The position numbers and the translations under genes are program-made. A stretch of 32,000 nucleotides of DNA, taken from Erysipelotrichaceae bacterium (lineage in GTDB: Bacteria > Bacillota_I > Bacilli_A > Erysipelotrichales > Erysipelotrichaceae). The notes under the pieces were generated by a model that saw only the letters and a program-made list of their open reading frames with translations, was not told the origin of the DNA and made no database searches. The stretch spans positions 90,001 to 122,000 of the forward strand of contig OY781039.1 of NCBI GenBank assembly GCA_963676105.1, in the 5' to 3' direction. Positions 7,901 through 17,333 of the stretch are shown piece after piece (position 1 is the stretch's first letter; the number at the start of each line of letters is the position of its first letter).

Positions 7901-8944
7901 ATGCGTAAATTAATTGAATTTAAAAATATCGTAAAAACCTTTGATGACCAATTGGTTTTAAAAGGGATTAATCTTAGTATTGATGAAAATGAATTTGTTA
8001 CCTTACTAGGACCTTCAGGTTGTGGTAAAACGACACTTTTACGTATCTTAGGTGGTTTTGTTGAACAGAGTGAAGGGGAAGTTTACTTTGGTGATATTGA
8101 AATCTCAAATGTACCTCCCTATAAACGTGAGATAAATACTGTCTTTCAAAGATATGCTTTATTTCCTCATATGAATGTTTTTGATAATGTAGCCTTTGGC
8201 TTGAGAATTAAGAAATTAGATAAGGATATTATTAAACAAAAAGTTGAACGTATGCTTAAGATGGTTGGTTTAAGTGGTTTTGGTGATCGTCCTGTTACAC
8301 TACTATCTGGTGGTCAACAACAACGTGTTGCGATTGCGAGAGCTTTGGTTAATGAACCAATGGTACTTTTATTAGATGAACCTTTAGGGGCATTAGATTT
8401 AAAACTTCGTAAAGAAATGCAATTAGAGTTAAAGAAGATTCAAAAAGAAGTTGGGATTACCTTTATTTATGTAACCCATGATCAAGAAGAAGCTTTAACA
8501 ATGAGTGATAAGATTGTGGTTTTAAACAATGGTGAAATTCAACAAATTGGAACACCAACAGATATCTACAATGAACCTGAGAATCGTTTTGTGGCAAACT
8601 TCATTGGTGAATCAAACATTGTAGAAGCTGTGATGCTTGAAGATTATAAAGTTGAATTCTGTAAAACACAGTTCGAATGTGTTGATTATGGTTTCAATGA
8701 AAATGAGGAAGTGGATGTGGTTATACGTCCTGAAGATATTGACATTGTTAAACCTGAAATGGGTAAAATGTTAGGAACTGTTCAATCGATTTTATTTAAA
8801 GGTGTTCATTTTGAAATAGTAGTGAAGACACAAGATCGCAAGTGGATTGTTCATACAACAGATAAGAGTGAAGTAGGGGCTGAAGTAGGTCTACATTTCT
8901 TCCCTGAAGATATTCACATTATGTATAAATTGGGGTCTTATTGA
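7901..8944 (+). CDS. potA: Spermidine/putrescine ABC transporter ATP-binding protein
   Basis: Walker [10 protein letters not shown], signature [13 protein letters not shown], Walker B LLLDEP and a C-terminal TOBE-like domain. Confidence 0.9.
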   Translation: MRKLIEFKNIVKTFDDQLVLKGINLSIDENEFVTLLGPSGCGKTTLLRILGGFVEQSEGEVYFGDIEISNVPPYKREINTVFQRYALFPHMNVFDNVAFGLRIKKLDKDIIKQKVERMLKMVGLSGFGDRPVTLLSGGQQQRVAIARALVNEPMVLLLDEPLGALDLKLRKEMQLELKKIQKEVGITFIYVTHDQEEALTMSDKIVVLNNGEIQQIGTPTDIYNEPENRFVANFIGESNIVEAVMLEDYKVEFCKTQFECVDYGFNENEEVDVVIRPEDIDIVKPEMGKMLGTVQSILFKGVHFEIVVKTQDRKWIVHTTDKSEVGAEVGLHFFPEDIHIMYKLGSY

Positions 8945-9795
8945 TGAAGAACTTTGCACAACTAACACGTCCTTACTTAGTTTGGATGTCACTGTTTATT
9001 GTTGTACCGATGTTATTGATACTTTTGTATGCTGTAACTGAGGGTGGTAACTCAGTGATGACCGTTCAATTTACTTTGAATAACTTTATTCGCTTCTTTG
9101 ATCCTGTCTTTATTAAGGTTTTATTTAAGTCTCTTCAAATTGCGTTTATTACAACTGTTATTTCAATCATTATTGGTTATCCTATTGCTTATGTGATTGC
9201 GAATATGGGTGAAAGATATCAAAATTTATTTATTTTACTGATTACTTTACCGATGTGGATCAACATGTTGGTTAGAACTTATGCTTGGATTTCTATTCTT
9301 AGTGATAATGGATTAATTAATTCACTATTATCTTATTTTGGTTTACCAACGATGAGTTTAATGTATACAGACTTTGCGGTTATCTTGGGTATGGTGTATA
9401 ACTTCTTGCCTTTTATGATTCTGCAAATCTATACCGTACTTGCGAAGTTAGACAAAGCTTTAATTCAAGCATCCTATGATTTAGGGGCTAATCGTTTTCA
9501 AACGTTTAGAAGAGTTGTTTTCCCACTATCGATTCCAGGTGTTATTTCTGGAATTACGCTAGTGTTCTTACCAGCTGTATCGACCTTTGTCATCCCTAAG
9601 TTTTTAGGGGGTGGTCAATATATGCTAATTGGTAACTTAATTGAAAACCAATTTATTACGGTTGGAGAATGGAACTTTGGTTCTGCCATATCTTTGATTA
9701 TGGCGATGATTATCATGGGTTCTATGGTGCTAACGCGTAAGATGGATAAAGATGCTTCTGATGTGCTTGTATCTGATGGAGGTCGCTCATGGTAG
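8944..9795 (+). CDS. potB: Spermidine/putrescine ABC transporter permease
   Basis: Multi-TM protein with an EAA-loop-like ASYDLGANRFQTFRRVVFPLSIPG. The ATG at 8944 shares one nt with the potA TGA; the track start is TTG 8941. Confidence 0.87.
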   Translation: MKNFAQLTRPYLVWMSLFIVVPMLLILLYAVTEGGNSVMTVQFTLNNFIRFFDPVFIKVLFKSLQIAFITTVISIIIGYPIAYVIANMGERYQNLFILLITLPMWINMLVRTYAWISILSDNGLINSLLSYFGLPTMSLMYTDFAVILGMVYNFLPFMILQIYTVLAKLDKALIQASYDLGANRFQTFRRVVFPLSIPGVISGITLVFLPAVSTFVIPKFLGGGQYMLIGNLIENQFITVGEWNFGSAISLIMAMIIMGSMVLTRKMDKDASDVLVSDGGRSW

Positions 9796-10589
9796 GTGTT
9801 AAAAAACGCTGGGGTTTGACCTTTGTATTAATTGCGGTAATGTTGGTATTCTTCTACTTACCGATTCTAAGTTTAATGGTGTTCTCTTTTAATGATTCGA
9901 GATCTTTGACTCACTGGACAGGTTTTTCCTTCATGTGGTACCAAGAACTCTTTGAATCAAGAGAGATGGTGAAGGCGGTCACGACCACTTTCACAATAGC
10001 GTTGTTATCGACATTTATTTCAACAATTGTCGGTACTCTAACCGCCATAGGTGTGTCTAAATCAAAACGCTTGGTTAAAGAACTCATCCTCAATGTGAAT
10101 AATCTTCCGATTTTAAATCCGGATATTGTCACAGCGATTGGTTTGATGTTGCTTTATACCACCCTCAACATTGATAAAGGCTATATCACGATGTTGATTG
10201 CGCATATTGCGTTTAGTACACCTTATGTGATTCTAACCGTCTTACCTCGTTTAAGACGTTTGGATCCAGATTTAGCCGAAGCTGCACTGGATTTAGGTTG
10301 TACACCACTTAGTGCGCTTATTAAAGTTATCGTTCCGCTCATTATGCCAGGTGTAATCTCTGGCGCACTGATTGCGTTTACGATGTCGTTTGATGATTTT
10401 GTGATTTCGTATTTTGTGACTGGGAATGGAGTTAAAAATATCTCTATTCTTGTCTATACAATGAGCAAACGCATCAATCCTACGATCAATGCACTTTCAA
10501 CCATACTGGTGGTTATTATCACCGTAATCTTATTGATCGTAAATTTATACCCCATTCTAAAGAAAGGTCAATCAAAGGTGATGGAATGA
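9789..10589 (+). CDS. potC: Spermidine/putrescine ABC transporter permease
   Basis: Multi-TM protein with the EAA loop EAALDLGCTPLSALIKVIVPLIMPG. It overlaps potB by 7 nt, and GGAGG lies upstream. Confidence 0.87.
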   Translation: MVGVKKRWGLTFVLIAVMLVFFYLPILSLMVFSFNDSRSLTHWTGFSFMWYQELFESREMVKAVTTTFTIALLSTFISTIVGTLTAIGVSKSKRLVKELILNVNNLPILNPDIVTAIGLMLLYTTLNIDKGYITMLIAHIAFSTPYVILTVLPRLRRLDPDLAEAALDLGCTPLSALIKVIVPLIMPGVISGALIAFTMSFDDFVISYFVTGNGVKNISILVYTMSKRINPTINALSTILVVIITVILLIVNLYPILKKGQSKVME

Positions 10590-11623
10590 AAAAATTATTT
10601 GTAGCACTAACTTTATTAGTAGGTTTAACAGCTTGCTCAAGTGCAGAAGAAACAGAAACACTTAAAGTGTTTAACTGGGGAGTCTACATTGATGAAAGCT
10701 TAATCGCTGAATTCGAAGATACATATAACGCAACCGTTATTTATGAGGAATTCGACTCCAACGAATCCATGTATACAAAACTATTAAGTGGAGAAAGCTA
10801 TGATGTACTTTACCCTAGTGATTACATGGTCCAAAGACTTATTGAAGAAGGTTTACTACAAACACTTCAAAGCGAAACAACGGCAGGTTTAAGTGAAGAT
10901 TTAGACTTTGTCTTAGGATTAGATTATGATCCACAAAATGAATACTCAGTTCCTTATTTCTGGGGCAATGTTGGGATTATCTATGACACAACGGTTGTAG
11001 ATTCAGCTGATGTTGAAGAAGAAGGCTGGAATGTTTTAAAGAATACAAAATATGCTGGAAATATGTATTTCTATGATTCAGAACGAGATGCGTTTATGGT
11101 AGCTTTAAAAGCTCTAGGTTATTCAACTAACACATCAAGTGATGATGAATTGAATGCAGCATTTGATTGGTTAACTGAATTGAACACAACCATGAGTCCT
11201 GTTTATGTAACGGATGATGTTATTGACAACATTATTGCAGGTAATAAAGCCTTAGCGGTTGTTTATTCAGGCGATGCAGCCTATATCTTAGATGAAAATG
11301 AAAATATGGCCTACTTTGCACCAACTGAAGGAACCAATATCTGGGTAGACTCAATGGTTATTCCTGCAGATGCACCAAATCCAGACCTCGCAAATCAGTG
11401 GATACAATTCATGATGAGCAAAGATTCCATGATTGCGAATACTTTAGAAGTCGGTTATACAACTGTACGTAAAGATGTTTACGAAGAAATGATCGTTGGT
11501 GATTATGAAGGTAATGTTGCGTATGAAGTTCGTATGGACTATGACTTAGACGAAATCTTTGTCTATGACGAAGAACTTAAATTAAAAACCAGTGATCTAT
11601 GGGTAAAAGTTAAAGCCCAATAG
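10586..11623 (+). CDS. potD: Spermidine/putrescine-binding lipoprotein, paralog 1
   Basis: Lipobox LTAC, plus NWG.YID, YDVLYPSDYM and PYFWGNVGIIY motifs of the PotD/PotF family. ATGA overlap with potC. Confidence 0.87.
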   Translation: MKKLFVALTLLVGLTACSSAEETETLKVFNWGVYIDESLIAEFEDTYNATVIYEEFDSNESMYTKLLSGESYDVLYPSDYMVQRLIEEGLLQTLQSETTAGLSEDLDFVLGLDYDPQNEYSVPYFWGNVGIIYDTTVVDSADVEEEGWNVLKNTKYAGNMYFYDSERDAFMVALKALGYSTNTSSDDELNAAFDWLTELNTTMSPVYVTDDVIDNIIAGNKALAVVYSGDAAYILDENENMAYFAPTEGTNIWVDSMVIPADAPNPDLANQWIQFMMSKDSMIANTLEVGYTTVRKDVYEEMIVGDYEGNVAYEVRMDYDLDEIFVYDEELKLKTSDLWVKVKAQ

Positions 11624-11645
11624 AAATACAATTAAAAGGAGATCT

Positions 11646-12692
11646 ATGAAAAAATTGTTGTTAACCCTTGCGGTTTTCAGCCTGGTACTAAGCGGATGTG
11701 CAACATCTAGCGACAAACAAGTTTTGAAAGTTTATAACTGGGGCGAATATATCGATACTGATATGATTGCCGAATTTGAAGATTTATATAATGCTGAGGT
11801 TATTTATGAAACCTATGACAGCAACGAACTCATGTACACCAAGTTAGAAGGTGGTGAGACCTACGATATTTTGATTCCGAGTGACCATATGGTGGAGCGC
11901 TTAATCAAAGAAGAAAAGGTACAAGCTTTGGACTTAAGTTTAATTCCAAACTTAGATAATATCTTCCCAGATCTCCTAAATCGTCCTTTTGATCCAAACA
12001 ATGTTTATTCCGTTCCATATTTTTGGGGAAACATTGGGATTATCTACAATAAAAACAATGTAGATATTGCGGATCTTGAAAGTGAAGGATGGAATGTGCT
12101 ACTTAATGAAAAGTACGCAAATCAAATTTATATCTATGACTCAGCTCGTGATGCCTTCATGTTGGCAGAAAAAGCTTTAGGCTATTCTGTGAACACAACA
12201 GATGTAGCTGAAATTGAAGCAGCTTTTGAATGGTTAAAAGTGGTTGATACGACAACACATCCTATTTATATTGATGAAACAATCATTGATTCAATGATTA
12301 ATGAACAAAAAGATATGGCGGTTGATTTCTCAGGAGATGCAGCGTATATCTTATCTCAAAATGAAAACATGGGATTCTTTGTTCCAAATGAAGGAACCAA
12401 TATTTGGATGGACAACATGGTTATTCCAAGTGATGCTGAAAATGTAGAATTGGCACATGCATGGATTAACTTTATGTGTCACAATGAAGTAGCGACCAAC
12501 AATACCATTTATGTTGGTTATACTTCCCCTGTTATAGAAGCATATAACACGGTGACAAGTGTTGGTGGGGACTACTATTTAAATCCTGCCTATACCCCAC
12601 GCTTAGACAATGAAAATGACGAAGTTTATGTCTATGATGACGCTTTAAAATCAATTTTAGCGGATAAATGGACACGTGTTAAAGCTGAGTAA
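11646..12692 (+). CDS. potD: Spermidine/putrescine-binding lipoprotein, paralog 2
   Basis: Lipobox LSGC. Collinear and clearly similar to the preceding gene (LKVYNWGEYID, PYFWGNIGIIY, GTNIWMDNMVIP). It has its own AAGGAG SD. Confidence 0.87.
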   Translation: MKKLLLTLAVFSLVLSGCATSSDKQVLKVYNWGEYIDTDMIAEFEDLYNAEVIYETYDSNELMYTKLEGGETYDILIPSDHMVERLIKEEKVQALDLSLIPNLDNIFPDLLNRPFDPNNVYSVPYFWGNIGIIYNKNNVDIADLESEGWNVLLNEKYANQIYIYDSARDAFMLAEKALGYSVNTTDVAEIEAAFEWLKVVDTTTHPIYIDETIIDSMINEQKDMAVDFSGDAAYILSQNENMGFFVPNEGTNIWMDNMVIPSDAENVELAHAWINFMCHNEVATNNTIYVGYTSPVIEAYNTVTSVGGDYYLNPAYTPRLDNENDEVYVYDDALKSILADKWTRVKAE

Positions 12693-12697
12693 AAAAT

Positions 12698-12722
12698 AAA
12701 CGGATTTCTATCCGTTTTTTTT
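12698..12722 (+). terminator. Rho-independent terminator after the pot operon
   Basis: AAACGGAT-ttct-ATCCGTTT followed by a T-run. Confidence 0.85.
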
Positions 12723-12723
12723 A

Positions 12724-12751
12724 TTGCATTTTTTTATCTCTTTGTTATAAT
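12724..12751 (+). promoter_or_regulatory. tRNA operon promoter (TTGCAT-16 nt-TGtTATAAT, extended -10)
   Basis: TTGCAT at 12724-12729, TG at 12743-12744 and TATAAT at 12746-12751, about 20 nt before the first tRNA. Confidence 0.7.
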
Positions 12752-12770
12752 AGAAAAGCACCGTTAAAAC

Positions 12771-12844
12771 GGTTCCTTAGCCAAGTGGTAAGGCAATAGA
12801 CTGCAACTCTGTGATCGTCGGTTCAAATCCGACAGGAACCTCCA
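12771..12844 (+). tRNA. tRNA-Cys (GCA)
   Basis: Acceptor stem GGTTCCT/AGGAACC, anticodon loop CTGCAAC, T-arm GGTTCAAATCC, encoded CCA. Confidence 0.9.
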
Positions 12845-12847
12845 GCT

Positions 12848-12934
12848 GGGGATGTGGCGGAATAGGCAGACGCAACGGACTTAAAATCCGTTGATGGCAA
12901 CATCGTGTGGGTTCAAGTCCCACCATCCCCACCA
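12848..12934 (+). tRNA. tRNA-Leu (TAA), class II with long variable arm
   Basis: Acceptor stem GGGGATG/CATCCCC, anticodon loop CTTAAAA, long variable arm, GGTTCAAGTCC, CCA. Confidence 0.9.
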
Positions 12935-12974
12935 GCCTATTATTTTATTTTAAGGATACGATTAGCGGTTGTAT

Positions 12975-13051
<77 letters not shown>

Positions 13052-13061
13052 TTTTATTTTT

Positions 13062-13138
13062 CGGGATGTAGCACAGCTTGGTAGTGCACTTGATTTGGGA
13101 TCAAGGGGTCGCAGGTTCAAATCCTGTCATCCCGACCA
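13062..13138 (+). tRNA. tRNA-Pro (TGG)
   Basis: Acceptor stem CGGGATG/CATCCCG, anticodon loop TTTGGGA, GGTTCAAATCC, CCA. Confidence 0.9.
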
Positions 13139-13152
13139 GTATTATTATTGAT

Positions 13153-13229
13153 GGCGGGATAGCTCAGTTGGCTAGAGCAATCGGTTCATACCCGGTCGGT
13201 CGTGAGTTCGAGTCTCACTCCCGCTACCA
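13153..13229 (+). tRNA. tRNA-Met (CAT), elongator type
   Basis: Fully paired acceptor stem GGCGGGA/TCCCGCT, anticodon loop TTCATAC, CCA. Resembles the Bacillus elongator tRNA-Met as I recall it. Confidence 0.7.
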
Positions 13230-13234
13230 ATGTT

Positions 13235-13311
13235 GGACCCTTAGCTCAGTTGGTCAGAGCTACCGGCTCATAACCGGCAGGTCGTAGGTTCGAGTCCTAC
13301 AGGGTCCACCA
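13235..13311 (+). tRNA. tRNA-Ile2 (CAT, lysidine-modified type)
   Basis: GGACCCTTAGCTCAGTTGGTCAGAGC...GGCTCATAACCGG...GGTTCGAGTCCTACAGGGTCCACCA is close to B. subtilis tRNA-Ile(CAU) as I recall it. The Ile2 versus Met assignment is an inference. Confidence 0.6.
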
Positions 13312-13318
13312 CTTAAAC

Positions 13319-13407
13319 GGAGGAATACCCAAGTGGTTGAAGGGACTGGTCTTGAAAACCAGCAGATGTGAGAGCATGCGTGGGTTCGAATCCCACTTCC
13401 TCCGCCA
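13319..13407 (+). tRNA. tRNA-Ser (TGA), class II
   Basis: Acceptor stem GGAGGAA/TTCCTCC, anticodon loop CTTGAAA, long variable arm, GGTTCGAATCC, CCA. Confidence 0.9.
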
Positions 13408-13411
13408 GAAT

Positions 13412-13440
13412 TTGATTCTTACGTTGATATCTATTACAAT
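13412..13440 (+). promoter_or_regulatory. Putative internal promoter within the tRNA cluster (TTGATT-17 nt-TACAAT)
   Basis: Located in the only long spacer of the cluster (64 nt), about 30 nt upstream of tRNA-fMet. Confidence 0.5.
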
Positions 13441-13471
13441 AGACAACGTTGAATATATATAGTTTAGATAT

Positions 13472-13548
<77 letters not shown>

Positions 13549-13550
13549 AT

Positions 13551-13626
<76 letters not shown>

Positions 13627-13633
13627 TTAAAAA

Positions 13634-13657
13634 CATCCTCAGGGATGATTTTTTTTT
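13634..13657 (+). terminator. Rho-independent terminator after the tRNA operon
   Basis: CATCC-TCAG-GGATG followed by A + T9. The stem is short and the U-tract strong. Confidence 0.6.
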
Positions 13658-13679
13658 GGATTATTGGTAAACTTCAATT

Positions 13680-14060
13680 ATGAAAAAATTTGGTACAGCC
13701 ATAAATTGTATGGATGGAAGAGTTCAGCCGGCAATTCATCAATATATAAAAGAAAAATATGGAGTTGATTACGTTGATACAATTACACTTGCAGGTCCTG
13801 TTAAAGTTATTGCATCTAAAATAAGTGGTAGTTTAATTCGTGATTTAAGATTTAGAGTCGATATCTCTATTCATCAACATCAATCACATATTATCGCGGT
13901 TGTTGGTCATACTGATTGTGCTGGTGCACATGAACCTGATCATCTTCAAAAGAAGCAACTCATTACTTCAGTTAAAAAGATTAAGCATTGGTATCCAGAA
14001 GCAGAAGTTATTGGCTTATGGTTAGATGATGACTTCCATATAGTACAAGAGATTACCTAA
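13680..14060 (+). CDS. Small (126 aa) protein with beta-carbonic-anhydrase-like zinc-site motifs; function unknown
   Basis: C10-M-D12-G-R14 (CxDxR) and G-H87-T-D-C90-A-G (HxxC) match the beta-CA ligand/dyad pattern, but the protein is much shorter than canonical beta-CAs. There is no SD upstream. Confidence 0.6.
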   Translation: MKKFGTAINCMDGRVQPAIHQYIKEKYGVDYVDTITLAGPVKVIASKISGSLIRDLRFRVDISIHQHQSHIIAVVGHTDCAGAHEPDHLQKKQLITSVKKIKHWYPEAEVIGLWLDDDFHIVQEIT

Positions 14061-14061
14061 T

Positions 14062-15614
<1,553 letters not shown>

Positions 15615-15636
15615 AAGCGCGTAAGCGCTTTTTTTT
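15615..15636 (+). terminator. Rho-independent terminator after the GH1 gene
   Basis: AAGCGC-GTAA-GCGCTT followed by T8. Confidence 0.85.
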
Positions 15637-15663
15637 GCATTGTTTCACAAAGTTCTATAGAAT
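15635..15663 (+). promoter_or_regulatory. Putative promoter TTGCAT-17 nt-TAGAAT ending 6 nt before the ATG at 15670
   Basis: TTGCAT at 15635-15640 and TAGAAT at 15658-15663. There is no SD between the -10 box and the start codon. Confidence 0.5.
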
Positions 15664-15669
15664 AGGGTT

Positions 15670-16452
15670 ATGAATCCATTTACATTCACATATTTTTTCG
15701 CTGACGCTAGTGAAATACCATCAGAAATTGCGATAGGACTCTTTAGCACAGTTCATATTGTTTATGCGTTGGCAATGCTTGTAATGGCTTTATTGATATC
15801 TTTTTATTATCGTAATTTAAGAGGTCGTAAAAAAACTAGTTTTAAGAAAAACTTTGCTTTGTTTATTCTTTTTTATGAACTTCTAAGATTCTTAGCTTAT
15901 GTACAAATGGGACGCTTTTCTTGGGAACTATTACCGCTACACTTATGTGGGATATCTGAGTTTTTAATCTTTGGCTATGCCTTTACTAAGAACAAGTATC
16001 TCAAAGAAAGTTTGTATGCCTTAGGTTTAATTGGAGCTGTTATGGCACTCACCTTTGCAGATTGGTTAAACTTTCCATTTTGGCACTTCCAAACGATTCA
16101 TAGTTTTACCCAACATGGTTTTCTATTAAGCTTTGTATTAATGTTGTTGATTAGTGGTGAACTAAAACCTAATCCACGACAATTACCAGCCGTGTTTATG
16201 GGGCTTGTGATTGTTTTAATTCCAATTTATTACCTAAATGGAATCTTAGATACGAATTTCTTTTTCTTATCGTATCCTTCACCTGGTAGTCCGTTAGTTC
16301 TTTTTGCGGATTGGGTAGGTAATCCTGGTTATATCTTTGTTGTATTAGCTTTGTTGTTAATTGTTTGGTTTTTTATGTATCTACCTTATATGGGGGGAAG
16401 ACGGAAGCAAGCTAAAAAAGCGTATAAACTTCCGATTAGGAGATCGATATGA
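15670..16452 (+). CDS. Integral membrane protein, YwaF/TIGR02206-like
   Basis: About 7 predicted TM segments, LPLHLCG motif, ~260 aa. The family assignment is from memory. Confidence 0.6.
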   Translation: MNPFTFTYFFADASEIPSEIAIGLFSTVHIVYALAMLVMALLISFYYRNLRGRKKTSFKKNFALFILFYELLRFLAYVQMGRFSWELLPLHLCGISEFLIFGYAFTKNKYLKESLYALGLIGAVMALTFADWLNFPFWHFQTIHSFTQHGFLLSFVLMLLISGELKPNPRQLPAVFMGLVIVLIPIYYLNGILDTNFFFLSYPSPGSPLVLFADWVGNPGYIFVVLALLLIVWFFMYLPYMGGRRKQAKKAYKLPIRRSI

Positions 16453-17333
16453 TTGATTTGCATTTGCATTCATCCTATTCAACAAATGGGGAGTATTCAG
16501 TTTTAGAATTGTTTAAAAAAGCAGAAGAGGCAGGTTTAAGTGTTGCAGCAATTGCTGATGAAGATAGTATTCAAGCAAATCGTGAAATGCTTCAATATGA
16601 GAACTTTTCAAAAACCAAATGGATTAGCGCAACCCAAATTAGTGTTCAACATAATGGGGTTGATTTTCAAGTATTAGGATATGGTATTAATATTGATTTT
16701 CCTTGGTTTGATAAACATGCTCAATTAGTTAAAGATAGTTATCAAAAATCGATTCCAGAAATGATTGATAAGTTAAATGAACTATATGATTTTAATCTTT
16801 CTTTAGATGAACTTAAGACTTTTGCGAAAGAAGATACCATTACACCGATGTGTATTGCACGTTTTATCTTGTCAAAGAAGGCATTAGAATCTCATCCTGA
16901 AATTAAAAAGTTTAAAGCGAGTGCGTCTCGTTATTTCTCATATGAATCAAGTTTTGTGAAAAAGTACTTATCAAAGGGTAAGAAAGCTTATGTACCAAGT
17001 TATAATGCCAATTATTATGATGCACTAAATGCGATTCATATGGCAGGGGGAGTGGCGGTCTTAGCCCATCCAGGTTTAAGTGTTCATGAAGATACAGCGA
17101 TATTAAATCAATTGGTCCATTTAGGTTTAGACGGGATAGAATGTTATAGTCCATATCATTCGGAGATTCAAAACGCATTTTATGTCGCCTTTTCATTAAA
17201 GCGTGGATTGCTTATTACCTGTGGTAGTGATTTTGGACGCAAAGATGAAAAAACGAAAGTCGGACATACACATTGTCCATTAAGCGCAAATGAAATTCTA
17301 AGTTTGTTTGCGAAAAGAGGAATTATATTTTGA
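16449..17333 (+). CDS. PHP (polymerase/histidinol phosphatase) domain protein, TrpH/YciV-like but with divergent metal-ligand positions
   Basis: IDLHLHSSYS (motif I), VAVLAHPG, DGIECYSPYH and CGSDFG. The IADED and GSDFG motifs deviate from the canonical TDHD and GSDxH. Confidence 0.7.
   Translation: MIDLHLHSSYSTNGEYSVLELFKKAEEAGLSVAAIADEDSIQANREMLQYENFSKTKWISATQISVQHNGVDFQVLGYGINIDFPWFDKHAQLVKDSYQKSIPEMIDKLNELYDFNLSLDELKTFAKEDTITPMCIARFILSKKALESHPEIKKFKASASRYFSYESSFVKKYLSKGKKAYVPSYNANYYDALNAIHMAGGVAVLAHPGLSVHEDTAILNQLVHLGLDGIECYSPYHSEIQNAFYVAFSLKRGLLITCGSDFGRKDEKTKVGHTHCPLSANEILSLFAKRGIIF

Noticed and set aside
9911-10132. Track ORF 9911..10132 (-) inside potC
   Set aside because: It is antisense to a well-supported permease gene and is judged spurious.
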